Origin: a virus
Taxonomy: Duplodnaviria; Caudoviricetes
Reading direction: 5' to 3' (one strand)
DNA: 64,000 bases
Virus record (IMG/VR): IMGVR_UViG_3300044546_000600
Coordinates: 1 to 64,000 of that record
This document shows, one piece after another, positions 26,906 to 37,141 of this stretch. The notes under the pieces were generated by a model, which saw nothing but the letters and a program-made list of their open reading frames with translations, was not told the origin of the DNA and made no database searches. Both the position numbers and the translations under genes were made by a program. Within the stretch, counting starts at the first letter, position 1. Each line of letters opens with the position of its first letter.

Positions 26906-29900
26906 CGTATATCTACATGGAGAGTTGCGTAATTTATTTGGAGAATGTTTTAAATTAAACATTAGCTCTCCAAAAGAAGTATTTTCGGCTATTAACGCGA
27001 ATAAAAAAACTTTTGCTCATACTGTTAAAAAATTAGCTATCAAAGGAGTGCTATATAGAATTGTTATAGACGATGAAGTATTGAGCAATCCTAAAGAGTT
27101 AGATGTTCAAAAAGCTCCAAAGGAAATGCACATCGTTCCTGTTGTTTGGGGAGCTGGAGGTAATTCAGGAGGTATATTGATGTTAGCTGCTGGCGTAGCC
27201 CTTGTAGCTATAACTGCTGGTGCTGCTGCTCCTGCTTTAGCTGGGGCAATGGGATTATCCGTAACAGCTGGAAGTGCAGCAGCTACAGCTGGAGCTGCGG
27301 TTGGGTCGTTGACCGCTTTAGGATCTGTTGTGGCCAGCGTAGGCGTTAGTTTAGCCATTCAAGGAGCAATGTCTCTTTTATTCCCACAACCCAAACCAGA
27401 CTTTAATCAAGAAGTAGCTGCTGGCGGCAAATCTTATCTTTTCGGTAACAAGCCTAGCAACGTATCTCAAGGACAAGCTGTTCCTGTTGGATACGGAAGA
27501 TTGTTAATTGGCTCTTCACAAATTAGCGCAGCCACAAATCATCATCCATTAGCTACAGATATAAAACAGTTGATGACTCCTGTTGATAAGCCAATCAATG
27601 ATTATACTGAGTTAGTTTCAGAAGATGAGGCTCCATCTCCTTATGGCTTAAACGCAGACGGATTCTCTACCAATCAATCAGCAAACGATTCTGAAAGCCA
27701 AATTTTCTCAACTATTAATATATTAAATTCTTATATTAATGTCATTACAAGTTCAGCAGGAAAAGTTGCGACAGATCCAGTTGAAGTTGTGGTTACAACA
27801 AACGGAGAAACTGTATCTAATCCTGATTTATCTACATACAATCCTGATATTGTTTACGATTGGAAAGAGCTGTCGGCAACAAAGAAAGGAGCTGTTGCAA
27901 TAGAAACTGCGTTCTCATTTCAAAATGGTTTAGCTTATAGATCATATAATCCAAATAAATTTGAACTAAAAACTAAATCGACAAACTCAGTAAACACTGC
28001 TGCTAATTATTTTGTACAATATCCGACGAACACTTTAGTAACATGGGGTCCAACAGAATTCGCTAATTTAAATTTTCCAACATTCGACTCTTCTTATAAA
28101 TTTGTACGAAAAGAAATTACAAAATATCTTCAAACCAGTGATATAACAGCGGCGGCGAGATCAACTTTGACCGTCACGATTACAACGAAAACAGATCATG
28201 GTTTTGTTGTTGGAAACGTTGTAGATATATCTGGGTTAACTGGAACTACAAACGCTAACGGATTAAAAACAATAAAAACAACGGCAACGTCAAATACATT
28301 TACTTACGATTTAGTCAGCGGAACCTCTACGGAAACATATGCAGTAGCAAATTATCCAAAAGCTATTTTAACACGTTATTTTGTAGCGACTCAATCAGGA
28401 TATTTTCCTAAAAAAATCACCGCCGCATCAAGAAATTTAACTACTGTAACAGTAACAAGCTCATCTCACGGATTAAGCGTAGGTAACGTTGTTATTATTG
28501 AAGGCTTAACTGGAACAGTTTATCCAAGTGGAACAAGAACGATTACAGAAGTGACAACAGATACATTTAAATTCGTAATAACTGGCGCAATTTCAACAGA
28601 AACTTACACAGTAGCCACAACAGCAAACGCTTTAATAGAAGTTCAACCGTTTCCAATAGTAAACAATGCCGTCAACACTTCTTTTTGGGCAGAAATAACA
28701 CCGCCAACTCTTCAGTCAACGTTCAAAGCGCTAAAGCTTAATACTGGAGTTATACCAAATTTAGCAGCTTTAGGGGGCGATTGGGCTTCTGCTTGGTTAG
28801 AAGTCGCAGGACCAACCACTTCTCCAGCAAATAAAGCGGACCTTGATTCGCTAATTGATAATTTCCCAGCATATACTGTTCAAGGCGTTTATGATCAAGA
28901 ATTGAACATGACTAACTTAAGAACGATAACAAGTTCAACTCTTGATAGAAATTCTTTAGATAATTACGCAATGGAATTTTACGGCTACTTGTATGTAGAG
29001 ATAGACAAAACAAAAGTTATCAACTCTTACGACGCTCAACAAGGAATTACTTACGAAATCGTAAAGATAGGAGATACTGGACAATGGGCTGAATTAGGAT
29101 TAACTGGAGCTGAAGGAGCGGCAATAATGCCAGAATTAGGAATGACATTCACCAAAAATGCAACTGTTCCATCTTCTTTAGGTAATGGGAAAATATATCC
29201 GGTCAATAAATATTCATTTAAAATAGACTCAGATGACGCTGCTGATCTTTACATTGATGGTCAGCTCGCAAGCTCTTTTTACGGAAATCATGGATTTGAT
29301 ATGAATTTAGCTCAAGCTCCTGAAATAGCTGATTTAAGTTCAACAACTGAAGAAATCACTCTCACTCTTGGCTATCACCGTTTGTATGCAAGATTTCAAG
29401 ATGGCATTGGTTCCGATGGTATTAGTTTATACAGCAAATCAAAATTAGATGGCGGCTCTTATTCTTCTTACGCATTAATCGCAAAAGACAAATTATTTTA
29501 TTCAGTTTTAAATGATTTGAATGTTTCTAAATCAGCAAAGTTTAGAAGTAAGGCGCTGCCCATTGCGGCGTCAGCTATGAAAGTCGGAAGAAAATACAAG
29601 ATTATTACTTCTGGCACAACAAATTGGACAGCTATTGGCGCTCCATCTTCTTCCGTTGGAACAGTATTCTTTAAAACAGCAGGATCACCAACTGGTAGCG
29701 GCGGTTTTGTTTTTGAAGATTTGTTAAGTTACGCGCAACAAACTTCCGCTACTTCTAATCGGTTGGTTCGGTTTGTGTCGCAAAGACCAGCTTCTTCAAA
29801 ATCAGGGCTTTCTGTTTATAACGCTCAATGGCAATGCTCTGCAAAAATAGGCGCTTTGGAATTAAAATCTGCACCAGTAAAAATTTCAATAACATTTAAT

Positions 29901-29984
29901 GCGACACTTGCTAATACATCTGCAAGAGCAGTAATAGATCCCGCGTTATCTTATAATGATCCAGCTATAAAACAAGAGAAATAA
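26898..29984 (+). CDS. gpI-like tail assembly protein greatly extended with beta-rich repeats and PA14
   Basis: VYLHGEL...VPVVWGAGG ubiquitin-like N-terminus, Ala/Gly hydrophobic segment, QGQAVPVGYGRLLIGS; then about 800 extra residues. Confidence 0.85.
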   Translation: MTNVYLHGELRNLFGECFKLNISSPKEVFSAINANKKTFAHTVKKLAIKGVLYRIVIDDEVLSNPKELDVQKAPKEMHIVPVVWGAGGNSGGILMLAAGVALVAITAGAAAPALAGAMGLSVTAGSAAATAGAAVGSLTALGSVVASVGVSLAIQGAMSLLFPQPKPDFNQEVAAGGKSYLFGNKPSNVSQGQAVPVGYGRLLIGSSQISAATNHHPLATDIKQLMTPVDKPINDYTELVSEDEAPSPYGLNADGFSTNQSANDSESQIFSTINILNSYINVITSSAGKVATDPVEVVVTTNGETVSNPDLSTYNPDIVYDWKELSATKKGAVAIETAFSFQNGLAYRSYNPNKFELKTKSTNSVNTAANYFVQYPTNTLVTWGPTEFANLNFPTFDSSYKFVRKEITKYLQTSDITAAARSTLTVTITTKTDHGFVVGNVVDISGLTGTTNANGLKTIKTTATSNTFTYDLVSGTSTETYAVANYPKAILTRYFVATQSGYFPKKITAASRNLTTVTVTSSSHGLSVGNVVIIEGLTGTVYPSGTRTITEVTTDTFKFVITGAISTETYTVATTANALIEVQPFPIVNNAVNTSFWAEITPPTLQSTFKALKLNTGVIPNLAALGGDWASAWLEVAGPTTSPANKADLDSLIDNFPAYTVQGVYDQELNMTNLRTITSSTLDRNSLDNYAMEFYGYLYVEIDKTKVINSYDAQQGITYEIVKIGDTGQWAELGLTGAEGAAIMPELGMTFTKNATVPSSLGNGKIYPVNKYSFKIDSDDAADLYIDGQLASSFYGNHGFDMNLAQAPEIADLSSTTEEITLTLGYHRLYARFQDGIGSDGISLYSKSKLDGGSYSSYALIAKDKLFYSVLNDLNVSKSAKFRSKALPIAASAMKVGRKYKIITSGTTNWTAIGAPSSSVGTVFFKTAGSPTGSGGFVFEDLLSYAQQTSATSNRLVRFVSQRPASSKSGLSVYNAQWQCSAKIGALELKSAPVKISITFNATLANTSARAVIDPALSYNDPAIKQEK

Positions 29985-29985
29985 G

Positions 29986-30888
29986 ATGAAAATATTAAAT
30001 CCATTAAGATTTATAAAAGGAGCTGGTGGAAGCAAACCACCTGTGCCAGCTCTTGTTCCGCCTCCTGATAAACAAAATTTAAAGAAATCAATATCTATAT
30101 ACGAGTGTGTAGATTTGATTTGTGAAGGACCAATCTATGGACTAGTAGATCAATATGGTAAAAAGGTTTATGGTTTAGATATGTTGAAAGGTATATATCT
30201 TAACGGAAATGCCGTAATGAACTATAAAGGCGAGTATAATTATAGAAACGTCATGATGGAGATTAATTTTGGCACCGAAAATCAAAAACCATTAGTTAAT
30301 TTTAAAAATGTTCATATCGCAAAACCAGCTAATTTTAAGTTACTTGGTCCAATAACTACTGAACAAGATGTAAGAGCGAATCCAAACGGAGGAGAAGCAA
30401 GAAACTTTACAAAATGGGCTATCAACTCAGAAGGATGGCCAGATAAAGCACAAGATCCTTATTTATTTGTCCATAAAATTAAAAACAGAGATGTCAAAAA
30501 ATTAAAAGTGAGTTTAATTGTAGAAGCTTTGATGGATACGGTTGACCAAGGCAAAGGGGCGGGCATAGCTGGAGAAATGGGTATGAGTAAATCATCAAGT
30601 TTAGATTTGATATTTAAATGGGGAGTAGAAGGAAGTTCTGTTTATTCTTCAAAACGAATTCCAATTTCAGGATTAGTTCAAAGTCCTTGGGCTTATATGA
30701 TTGGAAATGGAAGCACAAGCTATACTCAAGCGCCTTCAACTTACAGCGCTGGAGCAAGTTCTTCTAATCCTTTTGCAAACGGAGGTAACGGAGCAACTAT
30801 ATCAGTAAATTATTCATCTAATTCATTCCCCGAAATTAGAGTGCATAGTGCCGCTGATGTAATCATATCTAATGAATTCCAAACTTAA
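29986..30888 (+). CDS. tip attachment protein J, N-terminal part
   Basis: IKGAGG...VDLICEGPIYGL...NFGTENQ...KLKVSLIVEAL match the lambda J N-terminal region. Confidence 0.85.
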   Translation: MKILNPLRFIKGAGGSKPPVPALVPPPDKQNLKKSISIYECVDLICEGPIYGLVDQYGKKVYGLDMLKGIYLNGNAVMNYKGEYNYRNVMMEINFGTENQKPLVNFKNVHIAKPANFKLLGPITTEQDVRANPNGGEARNFTKWAINSEGWPDKAQDPYLFVHKIKNRDVKKLKVSLIVEALMDTVDQGKGAGIAGEMGMSKSSSLDLIFKWGVEGSSVYSSKRIPISGLVQSPWAYMIGNGSTSYTQAPSTYSAGASSSNPFANGGNGATISVNYSSNSFPEIRVHSAADVIISNEFQT

Positions 30889-30891
30889 CCA

Positions 30892-31446
30892 ATGCCTATT
30901 ATAAGAACAGTTCAAGAAGATAAAGCGTTAAAAATTAAACCTAGAAATTATTCTAGCGTATTGTCGTTGATAAATTTTTTAACTAAACGCAAGATGGTCG
31001 ATTATACTCCCAAAGCAGTAGTCAGATTAAATTATACCGCTAGTTCAATTGGAACTGGAGCTGGAGCATCTAAAATATTTAACGAGTTTTCTCCCACAAG
31101 CTACGTAAAAGGTACACCAATAACAATTAGCGGCACTGCGACATATTTATTATCGCAAGGAGCTAACACCACGCTAATGCCAGCTACTAAAATAGTAGCT
31201 CAAATAGATGTATCTAGAACAACCTCTACTTATCCAGCTTACCAAGTAGAAGCAGCAGCGACTCAAATAGAAACGAACGGCAACTTCAGTTTCACAATTC
31301 CAGCGGAAATTACATCTAAACTGGCAGTTGGAAGTCATTCTGTTTATGTAAATGCAGCTTCGCCAGACAATGCTATGATAGTTTTAACCGCCACTGGCGG
31401 AAATGCAACCAATAACATTAGAACATTTGCAATAACAGCGCAATAA
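30892..31446 (+). CDS. Ig-like domain protein inserted between the two J genes
   Basis: ITISGTA...NGNFSFTIPAEITSKLAVGSHSVYVNA. Confidence 0.65.
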   Translation: MPIIRTVQEDKALKIKPRNYSSVLSLINFLTKRKMVDYTPKAVVRLNYTASSIGTGAGASKIFNEFSPTSYVKGTPITISGTATYLLSQGANTTLMPATKIVAQIDVSRTTSTYPAYQVEAAATQIETNGNFSFTIPAEITSKLAVGSHSVYVNAASPDNAMIVLTATGGNATNNIRTFAITAQ

Positions 31447-31459
31447 ACTATAATAATTT

Positions 31460-34400
31460 ATGTCACACGAACCAGACGATCAAACTGATCACGGAGGAAA
31501 TGGAGTTATTAATCCAGTATCAGTATCTATTTCTACCGATAACGAAGAAATTATATTGCCAGATTCGTTTAATGGCAGAGATAGATATTTGACTATTGAG
31601 AAACTTACGCCAGAAACTATTTCTCCGTTAGTCAAAAGAGATCTTAGCGTAGAGTCAGTCATCGAGATTGTTGATAGAAGCTTCTCGTATCCAATGACAG
31701 CTCATGCTGGATTAAAATTTGATTCAAGAACGTTCTCCAGTCCTCCTAAAAGAGAATACGACGTAAAGATGAAGAAGGTAAAGATTCCTTCTAATTACTA
31801 TCCTTTGGGCGGCAACGGTTTGGATCGTCGTTATGTTTACGCTAATCCAGATTATGATGGAAATCCAAATGATTTGGATGTTATCTTCATGGTAGATCAA
31901 AACATGGATTTTGCTACACGTTCTCTTTTAAGTAGAAACTTGAAAGACATGATTACGAAAATCATTTCTGGATACAAGTATGTCAGATTTTCTATTTGGG
32001 AAACAAAAGCAAGTGGTTCTTATGTAATAAACGAATCGACAAAGGATTCAGTATCATATTTTGGAGCTTACCTTGGAGACGAAACATTTACAGAACTTGA
32101 AACACCAGATTCTACAGGAGCGAATCAAACCAATTTATACAAGAAGCTTTACGATGCTTTGGATTTTTCTAAAAAAATTACAGTTGCTAGCGAAAACATC
32201 GCAGAAACAGTTATCGCAAATTTCTTTTTAAGAAAGAGTCAGTTCAGTATCAGTGATCAAGTAGGAAAAACTTCAGAATCTAATGTAACTAAGCGTCTTT
32301 GGATAAACACAGTAAGAAAAGTAGTTTATTTCTCTGGAACAGTTCCAGAAGTAATGTCTCCTGAAACATACGATACTTTACTATCTCACGCAAGAGAAAA
32401 CTGCATTAACTTTTATTATTTACATAGCGATCAAAATTTCAGTGGAACGAGAACGTTAAGAGAATTGTCAGAAGACACTGGTGGCGGAAAATTCTGCATG
32501 ATTAACGACGCTGACTCTAAGTTAAGTCAGTTTTGCGATTCTAATTTTTACGATAGCAATAAAATTTACTATGGTAATTGGGACGGAACATTTAAAATTG
32601 GCTGGACAGATAATCCTGCTTGGATTTTATACGACATTATCACTGATCCTAATTATGGTTTAGGTAATTATATTGATTCGTCTTCTGTTGATAAGTGGAA
32701 TCTTTATGATATTGGCCGTTACTGCGATGGCGTTGATGATGATGGAAGATTTAAAGGCGTGCCAGATGGTCAAGGAGGACTTGAGCCAAGATACACCTGC
32801 AACATTATCTTCTATAACAAAGATCAAGCTTATAATATCTTAAAAGATATTGCCGCAATCTTTAAAGGCATTGTGTTTTGGAACACAGAAGGATTCTCTT
32901 TCTTTGTTGATAGACCAAAAGAGCAGTTAATGAATTTCAGCAACTCTTCTGTTAAGGACGGAGTATTTAACTATACGGAAACAGCAAGAAATATGCGTTA
33001 CACTTCTGTTGAAGTGACTTACAACGATAGATACGATTCTTATAAAACAAAAATCGAATACATTGAAGATACCGATGGTATCAGAAAATATGGTTTAAAT
33101 CCATTTAAAATTAACGCTGCTGGTTGCACTTCTAGATCAGAAGCAAAGAGAATTGGCAGATACGTCATTAGCACTTCTATATTTGAGGTTGATACCGTTA
33201 GCTTCGTTGGAGGCTTGGAAGCGGCTTATCTTCAACCCGGCGACTTGTTCACCGTAAGTGACGAGATTAGAAACGTCGCAAGAACATTCGGGCGCATATT
33301 AGAAGTCGATGCTAACGCTTCAACGATTAAAATCGACGGAGAATTTAAAGATGGTTTAGATTCTGGGATTTTCGTTCATATTCCATCTGGAAATTATGCA
33401 GTTTCAGACTTAAACGCTTTAACTGGTGAAGACGGAGGATTCACAGGTACGCTTGAACAAATTAGAGCGAGACGGCAAACTCAAGTGAAGAAGCTTAATA
33501 TATCTGGCTATAATAATGCTGGATATGGCTCTGTAATCACTGTTACAGGAGAATTCTTATTGAAGTCTGCAATCGTTGACGTACACGCAATCGAAGAAAG
33601 AATATCGGGATCGCCAACGCAGGGGCAAACGGTTTTGAGCGGAATTCCTTATCAATTTCCAGCAAATACTGTAGCTTCTGGTAATCCAAGATGGGATTCT
33701 CTAACATTTAGCAATATCTCTGGAGTCTTTTCTGATTTAGAGGTTGATATAGATACAGTTGGAGCAGCAACATATGGTCAAATTATTGACTCAGTAGGAA
33801 CTTGGACTGGAGTTGTTTCTTATGGAATTGGCACAACAAGCGAAGTGACGGTTAATAATTCTTCAGTAGCTACTGCCACTTCAGAAATTAGAGCGGTAAG
33901 ATTAAGTTCTGCTGGAGCTTTAATTACTGGATCTGCAATATCTTCATTGAATGATTTATGGAGCCACGCAGTATTTACAGGAGCTTCTAACGGAGACGTT
34001 ATTATTGTTCTTTCAAATGGATCACAAATCAGTAATTCGTTTACTCCAAGCTCCACTTGGAATACTTACGCAGCAACAGAAGTATTTAAAATTGGAAGAT
34101 CGCATAATGGTTCTTCTTCTGCGTTTGGATATTGTGCGGCATTGATCAAAGGCGGAACCAGAATCTTAGAAAGAGCATCCAAGACTCTAAATGATATTGG
34201 AAGCATTAAATTTATATACAGAGACTTGCTAGCAATGAGCAAGCTCCAACCATACTATACAATAGTTCAAGCAGATATTGGTAATCAACAACAGTCTAGC
34301 TTTTCTGCTTGGAAGCCTAACATCAATTACAAAAGAGGCGTTTACGTTCAGGTAGATTCAAAACCATATTATGCAAAAGTAGATCATGTTTCGTCTGCTA

Positions 34401-37141
34401 GTTTTACTGATGATTATTTATCAGCCACGCCCACTTTTTCAAAATGGTCGCTTGGAAGTAATTTAGGTTACTCTACAGTAGGATTTCCTAAAGACTTCTT
34501 TGGTAAAAACAAAGTTTTGGTTTCGGGATCTTTAACAACAGCTCATGTTGTTGACGCATTTAATTCTATCGGAATTGAAATGTACGAAGGACCGGGTCCT
34601 TTGGGTCAAACTGATCTTCGGAATCTAGCGGAAATAGATGGAATTGGTTACAGCGGATTAATTTATGGAACTGGTTATCCAATTGGATTCTATAATTTAG
34701 ACTTGAGCACAAGTCCGCAAAACTTAAATTCATTAGAACCCGGTGGTCTTTATGTATTAAGTGGATCTGGTGTTGAACCTAAGTTTTACAAAACAATAGC
34801 GACCAAAGAAGAAGAGGCGAATCTTTATGGGATTGTTGGACTAGAATATCATCCAAACAAAGAAGATTATGTAGAAAGAGAAATTGATGATACTTCATCT
34901 ACTATCTATGTAAAATCACCTTACGATATTATTCTGAAACCAGAAGAGCCAACGAACCTGCTTTACAATGGTATCTACGGAGGAACGGGAATTTCTTTAT
35001 CTTGGACTGCTTCAACAACTGATGTTGCTGATTTTACTGGATATAAAATATATGTTAGCAGACCAGATTACTCTACTACTCATGATTCAGCTTTGACTGA
35101 ATTTTATTTCGTTCCTAAAACAGCGTTGAGCACTGGCATTCCAATCAACGACATTTATGGTCAATACGACATTGATGTTTACACGCAAGGAAAAGCGCCG
35201 TATAAATTCTTGTCTCGTTCTGCGGCTTCTAAAACATTCCATGTTCTTCCAGCATCGACGTTAACAGTTTATTCTGATGGAGCTAACCGTTCAGTGGATA
35301 GGGTACTAGTGACTGGAATGAGAGTCGATACGGCTGACGTAAAGAGTTTAGGATATAATGTGATTTGGTATCCAAGAGAAGATCAACCTGTAGCAACTAG
35401 ACAAACTACATTGGTCGGATACGGACAAGGTAATTTTACCTCTTCCGATGTCACTTTCAGATGGAGATATATAGATCCAACAGGAGGAGTTATTTCCACT
35501 GTAGAGAAAATGCGGAACAATCCTTTCATGTCGTTCCCGCCGAACGTAAAAATTGAAGTATTAGATATAGGCGGTAACGTTTTAGAAAGCGTAGAAAATT
35601 ATCAAGGATTATCTTACAGAATCGACCAAGACGCTAATAAAAGATTAACGAGCAGAGAAACGGTTGATTATAAAAACGTCCTTCCAACTAGAAATCTTTC
35701 TTTAAGAGTAACAGTTAAAGGAGTAAATGACTTAGACAGTTACGGCAGATATAATTCTTTTAATGTTTTGCCAGAATATGATAATATTCAAGTGATTGAT
35801 TCTTTCCAAGACTCTCCTTATTACGTATTGTCTGGATTCTTCGGAAACACCCAAGGAGTTAAATTGGCTGTATGGAATAGCGGTCAGGATAACGTAGTTA
35901 CTGGTTCTGGAATTAGAGGCGCTGATTCACTATTAATCAGAAGCGAAACAGGAGAAATAACATACGAAAATATTGTAGAAGCGTTTAAATCTGCTGATGG
36001 ATTTGACGGAGTAGGAGAAGGCTCTGTCAGAACTGTCCTAGCAAGGCCAGCAGGAGATGGCATTACGATCAATTATAGAGGTTCTGATCCTGATTATACT
36101 GCCTACGTCAATTACTACGAAGATTTGGCTAAATATTACGACAACAACGTTAATAAATCAACTTCAAAGGAAGTTTGGGGTCAAGAACATTACAGCCAAT
36201 ACGGACTTAACGAAGGCCGCGAATTATTTAAGCTAAACGATGGAACATTCGGCGATGCTGACTTAAATCTAGTACCTTCCGATAAGGTAGGATTCTCTGG
36301 ATTAAGTATTACGGTGTTTCCAGAAGCTGTGTCGTATAACGAACTTGTATTTAACTGTCATTCTCCAACATCAAACAAAGACGTATATAAAGTTGATATA
36401 TATAGCGGCGATTCTGCTGCTTTCACACCAGATACAACTGATTTTACAAACCTTCATAAAGAACAAGGACTTAATGAAACTAGAGCTTATGTAAATACTA
36501 TCAGGCTTTCAAGTTCAACTATCGAAAGAAATAAATGGTACTACTTTAAATTTCAACCTTATGATGATTTCGGCAAAGGGGTAATGTCCACTGTCGTTAG
36601 CGGCTACCTAGAAGACAAAGTTGATAAAGCTCCAATTTCAAAACCTGTTGATTTCCGTTTAAATGGAGGCGCTGATCAAAACGATGAGATTTTAGCAAGT
36701 CAAATGGCTCAAGCCAGCAATAAAAATTTAAAATTTAAAATTGTGAGCTTTGGAACTGATGTTAATTGGACTGCGTTAGGAGCTACTACAGTACTTATTG
36801 GATCAGAATTTAAATACTCTGGAACAGCTTATAGTGGAACAGGCGGAACCGTAAAAAGAGTGGAAGAAGTTGTAGCTTTAACAGAAAAAGAAACCGAGGC
36901 TCTTTTAAATATGAAAGCGGAAACAAAATCTACTGTAACAGTACCAGAAGACATAGAAGAAGGCTCATCATACAACATGATGAACAACGGAAAAGAGGAT
37001 ATTTATATAAAAACATCCTCTGCTGCTGGTTCTGCTGGTGGCAAAACAATAACTATTCTTAAACCCGGTGAAAGAACCGAGATTATTAGAATAGGAGATG
37101 AATGGATTGATTCAAGAGGCGATAATCTTTACTTGGATTAA
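31460..37141 (+). CDS. tip attachment protein J / central tail fibre, main part
   Basis: SYPMTAHAGLKFDS, IPSNY, WTDNPAWILYD, EPRYTCN, GCTSRSEAKRIG, PGDLF; vWA-like, CBM-like and FN3 inserts. Confidence 0.92.
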   Translation: MSHEPDDQTDHGGNGVINPVSVSISTDNEEIILPDSFNGRDRYLTIEKLTPETISPLVKRDLSVESVIEIVDRSFSYPMTAHAGLKFDSRTFSSPPKREYDVKMKKVKIPSNYYPLGGNGLDRRYVYANPDYDGNPNDLDVIFMVDQNMDFATRSLLSRNLKDMITKIISGYKYVRFSIWETKASGSYVINESTKDSVSYFGAYLGDETFTELETPDSTGANQTNLYKKLYDALDFSKKITVASENIAETVIANFFLRKSQFSISDQVGKTSESNVTKRLWINTVRKVVYFSGTVPEVMSPETYDTLLSHARENCINFYYLHSDQNFSGTRTLRELSEDTGGGKFCMINDADSKLSQFCDSNFYDSNKIYYGNWDGTFKIGWTDNPAWILYDIITDPNYGLGNYIDSSSVDKWNLYDIGRYCDGVDDDGRFKGVPDGQGGLEPRYTCNIIFYNKDQAYNILKDIAAIFKGIVFWNTEGFSFFVDRPKEQLMNFSNSSVKDGVFNYTETARNMRYTSVEVTYNDRYDSYKTKIEYIEDTDGIRKYGLNPFKINAAGCTSRSEAKRIGRYVISTSIFEVDTVSFVGGLEAAYLQPGDLFTVSDEIRNVARTFGRILEVDANASTIKIDGEFKDGLDSGIFVHIPSGNYAVSDLNALTGEDGGFTGTLEQIRARRQTQVKKLNISGYNNAGYGSVITVTGEFLLKSAIVDVHAIEERISGSPTQGQTVLSGIPYQFPANTVASGNPRWDSLTFSNISGVFSDLEVDIDTVGAATYGQIIDSVGTWTGVVSYGIGTTSEVTVNNSSVATATSEIRAVRLSSAGALITGSAISSLNDLWSHAVFTGASNGDVIIVLSNGSQISNSFTPSSTWNTYAATEVFKIGRSHNGSSSAFGYCAALIKGGTRILERASKTLNDIGSIKFIYRDLLAMSKLQPYYTIVQADIGNQQQSSFSAWKPNINYKRGVYVQVDSKPYYAKVDHVSSASFTDDYLSATPTFSKWSLGSNLGYSTVGFPKDFFGKNKVLVSGSLTTAHVVDAFNSIGIEMYEGPGPLGQTDLRNLAEIDGIGYSGLIYGTGYPIGFYNLDLSTSPQNLNSLEPGGLYVLSGSGVEPKFYKTIATKEEEANLYGIVGLEYHPNKEDYVEREIDDTSSTIYVKSPYDIILKPEEPTNLLYNGIYGGTGISLSWTASTTDVADFTGYKIYVSRPDYSTTHDSALTEFYFVPKTALSTGIPINDIYGQYDIDVYTQGKAPYKFLSRSAASKTFHVLPASTLTVYSDGANRSVDRVLVTGMRVDTADVKSLGYNVIWYPREDQPVATRQTTLVGYGQGNFTSSDVTFRWRYIDPTGGVISTVEKMRNNPFMSFPPNVKIEVLDIGGNVLESVENYQGLSYRIDQDANKRLTSRETVDYKNVLPTRNLSLRVTVKGVNDLDSYGRYNSFNVLPEYDNIQVIDSFQDSPYYVLSGFFGNTQGVKLAVWNSGQDNVVTGSGIRGADSLLIRSETGEITYENIVEAFKSADGFDGVGEGSVRTVLARPAGDGITINYRGSDPDYTAYVNYYEDLAKYYDNNVNKSTSKEVWGQEHYSQYGLNEGRELFKLNDGTFGDADLNLVPSDKVGFSGLSITVFPEAVSYNELVFNCHSPTSNKDVYKVDIYSGDSAAFTPDTTDFTNLHKEQGLNETRAYVNTIRLSSSTIERNKWYYFKFQPYDDFGKGVMSTVVSGYLEDKVDKAPISKPVDFRLNGGADQNDEILASQMAQASNKNLKFKIVSFGTDVNWTALGATTVLIGSEFKYSGTAYSGTGGTVKRVEEVVALTEKETEALLNMKAETKSTVTVPEDIEEGSSYNMMNNGKEDIYIKTSSAAGSAGGKTITILKPGERTEIIRIGDEWIDSRGDNLYLD

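Noticed and set aside
30886-30891. Genome-wide stop codon reassignment suggested by the in-frame TAA between J-N and the Ig gene
   Set aside because: Conserved genes are intact under the standard code, TAA ends many of them, and no suppressor tRNA is present in the window
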